From: Candidatus Bathyarchaeia archaeon
GTDB lineage: Archaea; Thermoproteota; Bathyarchaeia; Bathyarchaeales; Bathycorpusculaceae
Direction of reading: 5' to 3'
Assembly: GCA_038883855.1 (NCBI GenBank)
Contig: JAVZLH010000001.1
Coordinates: 141,563 to 205,562 of the forward strand
Length of the DNA stretch: 64,000 bases
In this document: piece by piece, positions 49,679-59,403 of the stretch
Position numbering within the stretch: the first letter of the stretch is position 1
How the letters are laid out: the number at the start of each line of letters is the position of its first letter
Notes under the pieces: model-generated
Seen by the model: the letters and a program-made list of their open reading frames with translations, nothing else
Databases searched by the model: none
What the model was told of the DNA's origin: nothing
Program-made: the position numbers and the translations under genes

Positions 49679-50480
49679 CCTTCACATAATTTTCTAATTC
49701 CATCAGTTGCTTGTCCAGTATTTTGACGGCTTCTGTGATTATTCTCTCTGGTGGCAACGCACCTGTGGATTCTAAATTAAATATGAAGGTATTTTCTTCC
49801 CAACCAACGCTTATGGCTGGAGGTTTCTGCGGGCACGCGTCAACGCAATCTTTACATAGAGTGCAAGCCATCAAATCACGGACTTCGATGCTTTTTTCTT
49901 TCTTAACCAGAACTCTCCTTGGGCAGATTTCGACGCATTTCCCACAAGCATCGCATTTTTCGCTGGCGACTTCTATTTTTGGGAAATATTTATATGCGCA
50001 CATCGAGACCGGCTGCCATTTTGCATGGTTTTTGCCTTTTCCCAGCCTTGCGTATGCTTCAAACTTTAGTCTTTGTCCCTTTGCAAGTTTTACGATTGGA
50101 ATTTTATCGCTCACCGGCACTATGTTGGGATTTTCTGAGATTAAGTCTCCAGAATAAACAGTTTTAGTGCCTTCCCTTGCCTCTACATCCAGTGTAAGTG
50201 TAACCCGACATAGGTTACATCCAAACTCGCTTTTACAAGGGCACTCCTCCGGCGGGTTATAGCCCTCCAGATCTGTTTTCAGCGGAATTAAGCCAAGCCT
50301 GTGGGCTATAATTTCATCTTGAAGTATGGAGGAATTGTCAATTATCATAACATCGTCTATTGCCATTACGTGGACTTCAGAAATTATCGCTCTTCTCAAA
50401 GCGTTTATGAATGGGACATCAACTCCTTGAATGAGTAGACGAATATTTTTGTCATCTTTCTCAAGCACTTTAATTTCCAC
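49656..50480 (-). CDS. rpoD: RNA polymerase subunit D (Rpo3) with ferredoxin-like domain
   Basis: NALRR, AHRLGLIP and HAKWQP; two CxxCxxCxxxCP motifs; likely GTG start at 50480. Confidence 0.95.
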   Translation of the reverse strand: MEIKVLEKDDKNIRLLIQGVDVPFINALRRAIISEVHVMAIDDVMIIDNSSILQDEIIAHRLGLIPLKTDLEGYNPPEECPCKSEFGCNLCRVTLTLDVEAREGTKTVYSGDLISENPNIVPVSDKIPIVKLAKGQRLKFEAYARLGKGKNHAKWQPVSMCAYKYFPKIEVASEKCDACGKCVEICPRRVLVKKEKSIEVRDLMACTLCKDCVDACPQKPPAISVGWEENTFIFNLESTGALPPERIITEAVKILDKQLMELENYVKGENGEEY

Positions 50481-50583
50481 TACTCTGGACACTCCGTTGC
50501 CACTCACATGGTAATGAGTATGTCGTTGAATAGAACACTAGTGCATTATTTCAATTTTTCTATTAAAATGGGAAAATATGTCG

Positions 50584-50982
50584 CTAGACTCTTCTACCCC
50601 TTCTGCCGCCGGGTCTTCTAGTGCCATCATGCGGTATTGGTGTAACCTCTTCTATGCGTTCTATGCGGAACCCTGCTCTCGCCAATGCCCTTATAGCTGC
50701 CTGCGCTCCAGGTCCCGGCGTTCTGGGTCCAGAGCCTCCAGGGGCTCTAACTTTGATATGTATCGCTGTTATTCCTTTGTCTTTAGCTATTTCTGCTGCT
50801 GCCGTGGCTGCTTGCATTGCTGCGTAAGGCGAAGACTCAAGCCTGTCGGCTTTAACGAACATTCCCCCGGATGTTCTGGCGATCGTTTCCGCTCCTGAAA
50901 TGTCTGTTATATGAACTATTGTGTTGTTGTATGAACTGTAAATGTGGACTACAGCCCATTTGTCGGTTTTTTTGCCGCTCAT
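50584..50982 (-). CDS. rps11: 30S ribosomal protein uS11
   Basis: SSYNNT, SPYAAM and TPIPHDG. Confidence 0.97.
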   Translation of the reverse strand: MSGKKTDKWAVVHIYSSYNNTIVHITDISGAETIARTSGGMFVKADRLESSPYAAMQAATAAAEIAKDKGITAIHIKVRAPGGSGPRTPGPGAQAAIRALARAGFRIERIEEVTPIPHDGTRRPGGRRGRRV

Positions 50983-51551
50983 TGTTCTCCTTCAACCATC
51001 TTCTTTCCTTGTTTTGCGCTAAATGTCGCTCTAACCTCTACGGTTTGGCGTAGAGGGTGATTGGGACTTGCAAAAGCGCTTTGGGGAGCGTATGCTATTT
51101 GGTTTTCTTCACTCTTTGATACGAGGTAACTTGGCACTGTGACTTTCCGTTTTCCTATGGCTATATGTCCATGGGTTATGAGTTGACGAGCTTGATGCAT
51201 TGTTTTAGCTAAGCCTTTGCGTAAAACTATTGTTTGAAGTCGCCTTTCGAGGATATCTTCGATAGTTAAGTCCAAAACATCGTCCAAAACAGCAGTTTCA
51301 TGAAGGATTCCTAGCTTTTTCAATTTGGAAAGCAGTTCCATCTCCATTTTTCCCCGTTCATTCTGAGACTTTCCAATCAGTGAACGGGCTATACCCCTGA
51401 ATTTCGACAACATTGTCTCGTGGCGCCACAGTTCACGCTTGTTTCTTAAGCCATACTGGCCTAGAAATCTAAGCTCTTCCTGCAGAACGTCTGTTCGCCA
51501 TGGAAAACGCGGAGTTTCATATTTCTTCCTTTGCTTTTTAGGGTCTCCCAT
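50979..51551 (-). CDS. rps4: 30S ribosomal protein uS4
   Basis: [14 protein letters not shown] and LERRLQT. Confidence 0.97.
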   Translation of the reverse strand: MGDPKKQRKKYETPRFPWRTDVLQEELRFLGQYGLRNKRELWRHETMLSKFRGIARSLIGKSQNERGKMEMELLSKLKKLGILHETAVLDDVLDLTIEDILERRLQTIVLRKGLAKTMHQARQLITHGHIAIGKRKVTVPSYLVSKSEENQIAYAPQSAFASPNHPLRQTVEVRATFSAKQGKKMVEGEQ

Positions 51552-51553
51552 TG

Positions 51554-52021
51554 CTACCCAGCCTCTGGCTTAGCGATTGCCTTCTTTTTGACTCCGAGGG
51601 CTTTTCCAGCTCTCCCAGTTGTTTTGGTCCTTTGCCCCCGCACCTTCAAACCGTAAGCGTGACGATATCCACGCCATGATTTTATCTCCTTCATCTGTTC
51701 TATGTCCATTTTTGTTCTTAAAACAAGGTCTGCGCCAATTAAATGTATGTCCTTTCCAGTTTCAAGGTCTTTCTTTCTGTTAAAAAGCCAACCGGGAAGT
51801 CCATACTTGGAAGGTTCTTTAATAATTTCTTCTATCTTCTCAACTTCCGCTTCCGTTAAAAACCCCGCTCTAATATCTGGGTCTATTCCCGCCTTTTTCA
51901 ATATGGCGTTTGCAAGGTTGAAACTTATTCCCTTAATTTTCGTTAATGCGTAAGAAGCCTTTAGAGTGCCGTCTACATCTGTGTCTATTATTCGAAGTAT
52001 GTGTCGAAACTCCCTTGACAT
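51554..52021 (-). CDS. rps13: 30S ribosomal protein uS13
   Basis: WRGYRHAYGLKVRGQRTKTTGR. Confidence 0.97.
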   Translation of the reverse strand: MSREFRHILRIIDTDVDGTLKASYALTKIKGISFNLANAILKKAGIDPDIRAGFLTEAEVEKIEEIIKEPSKYGLPGWLFNRKKDLETGKDIHLIGADLVLRTKMDIEQMKEIKSWRGYRHAYGLKVRGQRTKTTGRAGKALGVKKKAIAKPEAG

Positions 52022-52171
52022 TTGTTGCCATCCGTTTCTGTGTTAAACTAACTACGAAATTAACCGTACTTTATTTAAACCTTACTAACAAGAATTAAGC
52101 GGCTAATTTGCTGATTTCGAGAAACAGATAAAATACCATCAGCTATATAGAGTTTTGAAGGAGCGCTTAGC

Positions 52172-52513
52172 ATGAGCGGTACTCTACTTGAGGATATGGT
52201 GGCTCAAGCTTTTAGAAATAGAGGCTACATTGTTTTCACCCGCAGAAACCATTGTGATGTTTTAGCTGTAAAATCTGACATGTCTTTAGCTTATTTAGTT
52301 GAATGTAAGGATTATGTTTTGTCTCATAAACAGCAAATCCTAGCCGTGAGGGAGCTTAACCGCAATTACACTCATGCCCTAGAACTTCTAATACAGAAGC
52401 ATCTGTGCCCAGACAAGATTTTGAAGGTTTTAGTTGCCAAGGGCTTCGCCTATCAAGCTAGAGGAATACTGCAATACACACCTGAAAAGTTCATCCAACA
52501 CGTTTCTTCTTAG
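52172..52513 (+). CDS. Small PD-(D/E)xK restriction-endonuclease-fold protein
   Basis: LEDMVAQAFRNRGY...DVLA...LVECK. Confidence 0.7.
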   Translation: MSGTLLEDMVAQAFRNRGYIVFTRRNHCDVLAVKSDMSLAYLVECKDYVLSHKQQILAVRELNRNYTHALELLIQKHLCPDKILKVLVAKGFAYQARGILQYTPEKFIQHVSS

Positions 52514-52519
52514 ACATTT

Positions 52520-53839
52520 TTATGGTGTAAGCCTAAACTTGTCTCTTGGGTAAAGCGTAACTTCCCTTATGTTCTTCTTCCCCGTCAACATCATCGTAAG
52601 CCTCTCTAAGCCAATAGCCCAGCCCGCGTGGGGAGGCATTCCATAATCGAACGCTTGAAGATGATACTTGAAAGATTCGGGATTCAGCCCCTTTTCTTTC
52701 AGCCGTTCTATGAGAAGTTCTTTTGAGGCAATTCTGGTTCCGCCTGAAACAAGTTCTATCCAGCGCCACATCAGGTCGAAACCTTCGCATAGTTCTGGAT
52801 TGTCTTCTTTCGGTTTGATGTAGAAGGCTTTTGTTTTTCTGGGCCAGTCTGTTATGAAGTAAAAGTATGGGTGAAGCTTACCAAGGGTTCTCAAAAGCGG
52901 CGTCGGTATGTCTTCTCCCCAAGGGACATCGACTCCCTTTTTCTTTAATTCGCTGAGAACCTCTTCGTAAGTTAATCGCTTAAATGGGACTTCCGGGACT
53001 TCTACCTTATACTTTAGCGTGGAGAGTTCTTTTTGGCATTTTTCGTTAACGGTTTTGCAGACATGTTGAATGAGTTTTTCTAGCAACCGCATAACGTCTT
53101 CAGCATTGGCGAAAGCCTGTTCAATATCTATGGACACGAACTCGCTTAAGTGGCGTCGTGTATGAGATTCTTCAGCCCTAAAAAATGGTCCAACTTCAAA
53201 AACGCGTTCCAAACTCATTACGAGCTGTTCCTTATATAATTGTGGACTCTGAGCCAAGAATGCTTTCCTGTCAAAGTAATTAACAGAAAAGAGGGCGGCT
53301 CCACCTTCGGTTGCAGATGCAATTATGCGCGGAGTATGTACTTCTATGAAGCCCCTTTCGAATAAAAAATCTCTTATAGCGTCTACAGCTACATGTTGAA
53401 TTTTGAAAATTGCTATGTTCTCTTCTTGGCAGAGGTCCAGAGCTCTAGCGTCAAGTCTAGTTTTAAGGCTTGCACGTGTTTTTCCAGTTATGTCAATGGG
53501 CAACTGTGAAGCTGCTGTGCTGAAAATCTTAATTTCATTTGGTATTATTTCGACGCCTCTAGGCGTCATTTTAGTCTTTTTTACGATGCCTTTGACTCCT
53601 ACGCTATACCTTTTCTGCAACTGCTCTGACTTTGCTAATACTTCTTTGCTTGAATTTTTTCGTGAGACTGTGATCTGGATTGTTCCTTCTCTATCCTGCA
53701 ATATTATAAAGTGTATTCCGCCTAAATCTCTGACTTCTTGGATCCAGCCGAAAAGTGTAACTTCTTCTCCGTCCATTTCTGGTTTAACATCGGCAGAGTA
53801 ATGGGTTCTTTGCCAATCGCCAATGGCGTCTATTTTCAT
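52520..53839 (-). CDS. aspS: Aspartyl-tRNA synthetase, archaeal type
   Basis: OB-fold, ATEGGA, QSPQLYK, FRAEES and PPHAGWAIGLER. Confidence 0.95.
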   Translation of the reverse strand: MKIDAIGDWQRTHYSADVKPEMDGEEVTLFGWIQEVRDLGGIHFIILQDREGTIQITVSRKNSSKEVLAKSEQLQKRYSVGVKGIVKKTKMTPRGVEIIPNEIKIFSTAASQLPIDITGKTRASLKTRLDARALDLCQEENIAIFKIQHVAVDAIRDFLFERGFIEVHTPRIIASATEGGAALFSVNYFDRKAFLAQSPQLYKEQLVMSLERVFEVGPFFRAEESHTRRHLSEFVSIDIEQAFANAEDVMRLLEKLIQHVCKTVNEKCQKELSTLKYKVEVPEVPFKRLTYEEVLSELKKKGVDVPWGEDIPTPLLRTLGKLHPYFYFITDWPRKTKAFYIKPKEDNPELCEGFDLMWRWIELVSGGTRIASKELLIERLKEKGLNPESFKYHLQAFDYGMPPHAGWAIGLERLTMMLTGKKNIREVTLYPRDKFRLTP

Positions 53840-53860
53840 AGAAATTTCACCGTCCTCTGC

Positions 53861-54388
53861 TTAATCTGTGAATTCCACCCGAAGGGTTATGTTGCGAACT
53901 TTACTGGCAATTTCTTTTAAAGCCTTTATATTAAATGGCATCTGTCTCCCATGTTTCTTCTTTAAGATGACTCTTGTTTCAGTAGTTCCATCAGGCAGCC
54001 AAATGGTGTTAATTGTCACTATGCTTAGGGGAGCAAACAAATCCTCTAAAAACTTTCTGTCATCTGCTCCATACTCTAGAACACGGATGCTTTTACCTGT
54101 TTCTTCGTTTAAAGCTTTAATAATTTTTCCGCCATAACTTAAAAGCCGTGGGACATCTCCAGGACCAACAATCACCGCCAGAGTCTTGTCAACGTCAATA
54201 GCCTTATGAAAAAAGACATTCTGGAGAGAAGGAAATTTTTCCTCCAAAGATAAGAGCAAACGGGCAATTTTAATGTCTAACTCACTAATTTCTCCAGATT
54301 TAAGTTTAGCTGAACACTTTGGGCATAGCACACCACTTTTCAAACAGAAGTTACATAGGGTAGTTTTCACCTTGTAAGCGCCCTCCAC
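53861..54388 (-). CDS. NusA-like KH-domain protein with N-terminal Zn finger
   Basis: CNFCLKSGVLCPKC, KH-like GGKIIK and NTIWLPDG. Confidence 0.75.
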   Translation of the reverse strand: MEGAYKVKTTLCNFCLKSGVLCPKCSAKLKSGEISELDIKIARLLLSLEEKFPSLQNVFFHKAIDVDKTLAVIVGPGDVPRLLSYGGKIIKALNEETGKSIRVLEYGADDRKFLEDLFAPLSIVTINTIWLPDGTTETRVILKKKHGRQMPFNIKALKEIASKVRNITLRVEFTD

Positions 54389-54438
54389 AAATAAAGGAGG
54401 GGCGGCGGAGCACTGAAATTTTACGCGGAACTATCTCT

Positions 54439-54717
54439 CTAGCGTTCGAGTGTTATTTCAATTGTGCTGACGTTTGTGGGCGTGCCACCCTCTTCTCTGG
54501 GTGCCATCTGCTCCGTTCCAATGCCGACTTTCTTGATTTTTACATCTGGAAGGAATCGGCGTCTAACGACTTCAACGACGTCTACCGCTCTACTTATTGA
54601 TCTTCCCCTCGCCTTAACGTTCACTTCTTTTGCTCCGCCGTGAAAGAGGGTTATGCAAGCCAGTACATAGTTCATTACTGGCTTATTTCCGATAAGCACT
54701 GAATTGCTATCTGACAT
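54439..54717 (-). CDS. albA: DNA/RNA-binding protein Alba
   Basis: [23 protein letters not shown] and VSTIEI. Confidence 0.97.
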   Translation of the reverse strand: MSDSNSVLIGNKPVMNYVLACITLFHGGAKEVNVKARGRSISRAVDVVEVVRRRFLPDVKIKKVGIGTEQMAPREEGGTPTNVSTIEITLER

Positions 54718-54847
54718 TTTGTACCGCCTCACTCCTAGTTTTTGCACTCTTAATGGCTTAAGAACCTTTTTTATTCACAAATAAATACATTACGGTTTTA
54801 ACTATAGAGTTAAGACTTGCTTACGAAAATTGGATTTGAAAATACTG

Positions 54848-54941
54848 TATAAACGTTTACTGAATGGCTTAAAAATTCATATAATTGTAAACGATAGCCT
54901 ACAAAATAGTAAAGGATGAAATACCTTGTAAACGCTTACAA
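54848..54941. promoter_or_regulatory. Three spaced TAAACG-core motifs in the alba-sucC intergenic region
   Basis: TAAACGTTTA (54850-54859), TTGTAAACGATAG (54885-54897) and TTGTAAACGCTTACAA (54926-54941). Confidence 0.4.
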
Positions 54942-55363
54942 TACGCAAATGCAACTTTAAAAACCCTTTACGAAAAAGTCAGATTTTCAAACATACCCTC
55001 TCAGCGTGAAACAGGAGCTGACGAAGCAGTTCGTTTGCGAAAAATTAGAAGCATGGTTACGTGTGCACTGAGCGTGGTTTGATAGATATAAGGGAGAAGG
55101 AGTTAAACGCTCTTTGGATATTCTAAGCTCGGTCTTCATATTTTTCAAAGTATCTTCTTTAAAGAGGAATTGCGCTCATGAGCAGCAAATAAAAGAACTC
55201 GCAATGCTTGGAGCCTTTAGAGTAGCAAGGACGTAAGCGCTTTCTTAATTGTTGAAGGGAAAAACTTGGCGAAACTCTAAAGAGGCTTTCCTCTGTCATA
55301 GGCGTGAAAGACACGAAATCTTATGTTACGGTGGAAAACATAAACTAAAAGGGGCGGAAAATA

Positions 55364-56508
55364 TTGAAGCTTTTTGAGTACGAAGCCAAAAAATACTCGC
55401 AGAATATGGAATACCAACACCACAGGGAGAGCTAGCAACAAACGCCAAACAAGCCCGCGAAATAGCATCCAAATTAAAGCCTCCATTCGCCGTTAAAGCA
55501 CAAGTGCTTGTAGCGGGAAGAGGGAAGGCTGGTGGAATAGTTTTCGCCAACTCTGCTGAAGAGGCAGAGAAAGTTGCTGGGAAGCTTATAGGCATACAGA
55601 TTAAGGGTATGCCTGTAAAAAGTGTTTGGATTGAAGAGAAACTGAATATAAAAAGGGAAATTTACTTCGGCATAACAGTGGATAGGTTCCAACAAAGTTA
55701 TGTGGCAGTTGCCTCGGCTTTTGGTGGTGTGGCTATAGAAGAAGTAGCCCAAAAGAAACCAGAAAGCATAGTCAAAATCTTTGTGAGCCCGCAACAGGGT
55801 CTTAAACCATACAAGGCTAGGCAAATTGCGAAAAAAATTGGTTATGCTGGCGACCAACTTGTTGCATTGGGAAGAATTTTTGAGAGGCTTTACTTAGTAT
55901 GTATGGATTATGACGCAGAATTGATTGAAGCGAACCCGCTTGTAGAAACGTTTGATGAAAAGTTTGTCGCGGCGGACGCCAGAATAATAATGGATGATAA
56001 TGCGTTGTTTAGGCATCCAGAATTTAAAAAGAGGCTTTTCAAAGAGGAAAGCGAACTTAGCCCACAAGAATTGGAGGCTTTGAAGAACGGTTTGGCATAC
56101 GTCAAGTTGGATGGGAATATAGGCGTTATAGGAAACGGTGCGGGACTAGTGATGGCGACATTAGATACGATTCGTTACTTCGGCGGAAAACCAGCAAACT
56201 TCTTGGATGTTGGCGGCGGCACTCCATCCGACAAAATAGCTGCAGCACTTAGAATTGTGCTTTCAGATCCAGACGTCGAGGCGCTTTTCATAAACATTTT
56301 GGGCGGAATAACCAGATGCGACGAAGTTACTCGAGGAATTTTGGAAGCGAAAAAGGCTGTTAGAGCGACGAAGCCCATGGTTATTAGGCTTGTTGGCACA
56401 AATGAGGAAGAGGGAAAGCGAATACTAGCAGAAGCTGGAATCCAAGTTCTAGAGAGCATGGAAGAAGCTACAAAGCGTGTTGTTGAAATCCAAAGGCAAA
56501 AGAGGTGA
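55364..56508 (+). CDS. sucC: Succinyl-CoA synthetase beta subunit; apparent 1-nt deletion in the A6 run at 55388-55393
   Basis: TTG-KLFEYEAK, then a shifted frame ILAEYGIPTP...VKAQV..GRGKAGG; GNGAGL and NFLDVGGG. Confidence 0.92.
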
Positions 56509-57383
56509 AACCTTTGGGAATAATAGTCAACAAGAAAACATGCGCCATTGTTCAAGGCATAACTGGAACACAAGGAAGCTTCCACACAAAACTCAGGTTA
56601 GATTATGGAACAAAAATTGTGGTCGGCGTAACTCCGGGAAAAGGCGGGACTCAAATTCACGGGATTCCAGTTTATGATACTGTGGAAGAGGCTCAAGAAA
56701 AACATTCAGCTGACGCATCCATAATTTTCGTTCCAGCCCCTTTCGCGGCAGATGCAGCTTTAGAAGCCTTAGACAACAAAATAAAGACTGTCGTGATAAT
56801 TACTGAACATATTCCGGTAAAAGACGCCATAACCGTAATGGAGTATGCAAAACAAACCAAAGCCACAATAATCGGACCAAATACTCCTGGGATAATAACT
56901 CCAGGAGAGTGTAAGCTTGGAATAATGCCCGCCCAAATTTTTAGGCGCGGCAGCGTGGGTTTTGTTTCCAGAAGTGGGACGCTTACCTATGAGATAGCAG
57001 CTGGCTTAACTCGGAAAAATTTGGGACAATCCACATGCCTAGGGCTGGGAGGAGACCCGATAACAGGGTTGAACTTCATAGACGCGCTGAAAATGTTTGA
57101 AAAAGACAGTCATACCAGAGCTGTTGTTCTGGTAGGCGAGATCGGCGGCAACTTAGAGGAACTAGCAGTATATCGCAAAACAAAATTATCCAAAACAGTT
57201 GTGGCTTTCGTTGCTGGGCGTTCCGCTCCACCTGGAAAGCGTATGGGACATGCAGGTGCAATAGTGACCGGCAGTGTTGGAACAGCTGAAAGCAAGATTG
57301 AGGCTTTCAAAAACGCTGGAGTTGAGGTGGCTGAAAAACCTGGTGAAGTAGCGGAATTGCTGGCTAAACTTCTCCATGCCTGA
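56505..57383 (+). CDS. sucD: Succinyl-CoA synthetase alpha subunit
   Basis: QGITG, IGPNTPG, SRSGTLTYE and RMGHAGA (phospho-His). Confidence 0.93.
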   Translation: MKPLGIIVNKKTCAIVQGITGTQGSFHTKLRLDYGTKIVVGVTPGKGGTQIHGIPVYDTVEEAQEKHSADASIIFVPAPFAADAALEALDNKIKTVVIITEHIPVKDAITVMEYAKQTKATIIGPNTPGIITPGECKLGIMPAQIFRRGSVGFVSRSGTLTYEIAAGLTRKNLGQSTCLGLGGDPITGLNFIDALKMFEKDSHTRAVVLVGEIGGNLEELAVYRKTKLSKTVVAFVAGRSAPPGKRMGHAGAIVTGSVGTAESKIEAFKNAGVEVAEKPGEVAELLAKLLHA

Positions 57384-57448
57384 AAAGGCAAAAAATATAT
57401 TTAGCTGTTTTCTCTGTTGTAAGCCGCTACAGAGAGGTTTGCCCTAAA

Positions 57449-57610
57449 ATGCCAATAATGGATCCTTTCAAGAAAACAATAGCCCAAAAGCATAGGCTCT
57501 ACATGAAGATATGCCGCGAGTGTGGGGCAAGGAATGCTGCGACTGCTGTAAAATGCAGAAACTGCAGAAGCAAAAACTTACGTTGGAAGAAAAGAGAACT
57601 TGTGAAGTAG
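57449..57610 (+). CDS. rpl40e: 50S ribosomal protein eL40 (not in the ORF track)
   Basis: MPIMDPFKKTIAQKHRLYMKICRECGARNAATAVKCRNCRSKNLRWKKRELVK*. Confidence 0.93.
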   Translation: MPIMDPFKKTIAQKHRLYMKICRECGARNAATAVKCRNCRSKNLRWKKRELVK

Positions 57611-57620
57611 CTTTCTTACC

Positions 57621-58235
57621 CTAAAGTATTTTCGCTAAAGTTTCAATGTTGAAAAATGTGTTCGCGCATCCATTTTTTATTAAAGGAACAGCTTGCCCAG
57701 TCAACCCAAAGGCTTCTAGCATCTGTTCAGCCACCCTTAATTCTTCGCCGCAAGCAACTCCAACGACTCCATCATACCTTTTTTCTTTCAAAATTTTTGA
57801 TATGCAAGAACTCCCTGGCAGAATGTAAACATCATAACCTTTCTTCTCAGAAAATGAGAAAGCCCTGTTAATTAGGCAGTCTGGTGAGCAATGCGCGCAA
57901 ATGTAGGATGGTGTATTAGGGTTAAAAGTTGCTTTACAACGGTTATCCATGTACTTTCTTGCGCAGTGTGGAAGAAAAAGCGCTCGCCTTTTTGTTTGCA
58001 CAAATTTATCTCTCTCCAAAATATTCCTTACTTGCATGTCGATGAAATCTTGAAGGAGAAGAACGGCGTCTGACAGATTAAGACCTGTTGCCTCTTGAAT
58101 CTTGAACTTTTCTATCATTCTTTGCACAGCCATACCGACCTTCTTATGCATATCCTTCTGATGGCTAACTCTAGCGATTTCTGTGAAGAATAAACGTGGA
58201 ACTTTTGAAAGGTCGAAGGTAAACTTGTATGGCAT
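57621..58235 (-). CDS. DUF116 domain protein
   Basis: FLPHC...C..C..C, ILPGSS and GVAC motifs. Confidence 0.82.
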   Translation of the reverse strand: MPYKFTFDLSKVPRLFFTEIARVSHQKDMHKKVGMAVQRMIEKFKIQEATGLNLSDAVLLLQDFIDMQVRNILERDKFVQTKRRALFLPHCARKYMDNRCKATFNPNTPSYICAHCSPDCLINRAFSFSEKKGYDVYILPGSSCISKILKEKRYDGVVGVACGEELRVAEQMLEAFGLTGQAVPLIKNGCANTFFNIETLAKIL

Positions 58236-58332
58236 AACCTTTTATAGTGTATGGGTGAACCTTTAAAATTATCGTTGCCGCATGTCGTGAAGCATTTTAA
58301 TACGCATTAAATCTGGATAAAAAGGGAATGTT

Positions 58333-58575
58333 ATGGGATTACTATCCATGTTCAAGAGGAAAAAGAAAGAAGAAGGGAAAAAGGAAAGATGAGGATTTCA
58401 TTAAGGCGAAGTGGTGGTTTAGAGTTGCTGAGGCTTAAGCGATTTATGAAGGTGACGTGAAAAAGTCGTGAAGTACTTGGGTGGATGCTAAAAATTTAGC
58501 CTAACGAAAAATATTGATACTAATAATCCAGAAGGAGCAGTGGCTAACGCTCAGAAATACTGTCGGGAATTTTAA
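58333..58575 (+). pseudogene. Probable decayed gene remnant
   Basis: MGLLSMFKRKKKEEG, then broken frames DFIKAKWWFRVAEA*AIYEGDVKK / NNPEGAVANAQKY. Confidence 0.35.
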
Positions 58576-58633
58576 AGCACGGTTTTGAGCTATCTTGTTT
58601 TACACTTACGGCTTTAGACTTGATTCCGGCGTA

Positions 58634-59071
58634 TTATTTTTCCATTTCTTCCGTGTAGCCCAAAAGTTCTCTTAGAGATTTTACCTCTTCTCGTAGCATG
58701 CTAACTTCACTTTCGAGGGCGTTAACTCTAGATTCAGCAGCTTTCTTTAACTTTTCAATTTCAATCATTAAGTTTGCGCGTTCAGTCTCCAAAGTTTTTA
58801 TTTTTTCGCGTAAATTCTTCAAAGTTTGCATGAGCCCTCCCTTTATCTCTTTTATTTTCTCAACCATGTTTTTAATACTTGCTATCTCTTCTATTTTAGT
58901 TTTGGTATCCAACACTGTTTTGAACTTGGCATTACAATTTTGACAAGCAAACAACCCCATCGTAAGTTTAGATTCCTCCTCTCCCTTCGAAGGTTTTCTA
59001 GTTATAGACCATGTTTTGATGGGAGTTGTCACCTCAGTCCCGCATTTTGGACAATTAACCAACCTGCGCAC
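58634..59071 (-). CDS. Cren7-like zinc-ribbon domain fused to a long coiled coil
   Basis: CPKCG..PIKTW...MGLFACQNCNAKFK followed by about 85 aa of heptad repeats. Confidence 0.65.
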   Translation of the reverse strand: MRRLVNCPKCGTEVTTPIKTWSITRKPSKGEEESKLTMGLFACQNCNAKFKTVLDTKTKIEEIASIKNMVEKIKEIKGGLMQTLKNLREKIKTLETERANLMIEIEKLKKAAESRVNALESEVSMLREEVKSLRELLGYTEEMEK

Positions 59072-59151
59072 TCCCCCCCCTCATTAGTACTATTACGCTT
59101 ACGTTAAAATGCCTTTTGTGGTTGCTATTGCCTTTGGGGCAGGTTATCAAA

Positions 59152-59334
59152 ATGAAAACTGAGCTGGAAGACAAAATTAAAGCTTTGGAAAAGGAAAGGG
59201 CGCTCTTAGGAGAGATTAAGCAACTTAAAGAAATAGTTGAACTAAGCGGGAAAGCAAAGAACTACAAATCTAAGGATAAAAATTTACAAGAGTTTTCAGA
59301 AGAGCCGGAGAAACAACAATACTACACGGGATAA
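59152..59334 (+). CDS. Small coiled-coil protein similar to the coiled coil of the divergent neighbour
   Basis: LEDKIKALEKERA-LLGEIKQLK versus LREKIKTLETERANLMIEIEKLK. Confidence 0.5.
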   Translation: MKTELEDKIKALEKERALLGEIKQLKEIVELSGKAKNYKSKDKNLQEFSEEPEKQQYYTG

Positions 59335-59403
59335 AATGCCAAATGAAAATGGCTGTCTCTAAAGCTGTTTAGACTTGATGAGTCTAAGGAAAAAGGTGGA
59401 AGT

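Noticed and set aside
39622-52021. Isoprenoid lipid genes embedded in the ribosomal superoperon
   Set aside because: This is a well-known conserved archaeal gene order, not novel.
54927-54940. Match to the bacterial CcpA cre site
   Set aside because: The context is archaeal with no evidence for CcpA; kept only as a generic palindrome.
55010-55045. Hammerhead-like CTGACGA...GAAA with a small stem
   Set aside because: There is an extra A in the core and no convincing stems I and III nearby.
55325-55354. ORB-like GTTACGGTGGAAA...GGGG
   Set aside because: Single degenerate copy, no cdc6/orc1 nearby, and the G-run doubles as the sucC SD.
55388-55393. Programmed -1 frameshift in sucC
   Set aside because: Better explained by homopolymer error, given similar breaks elsewhere.
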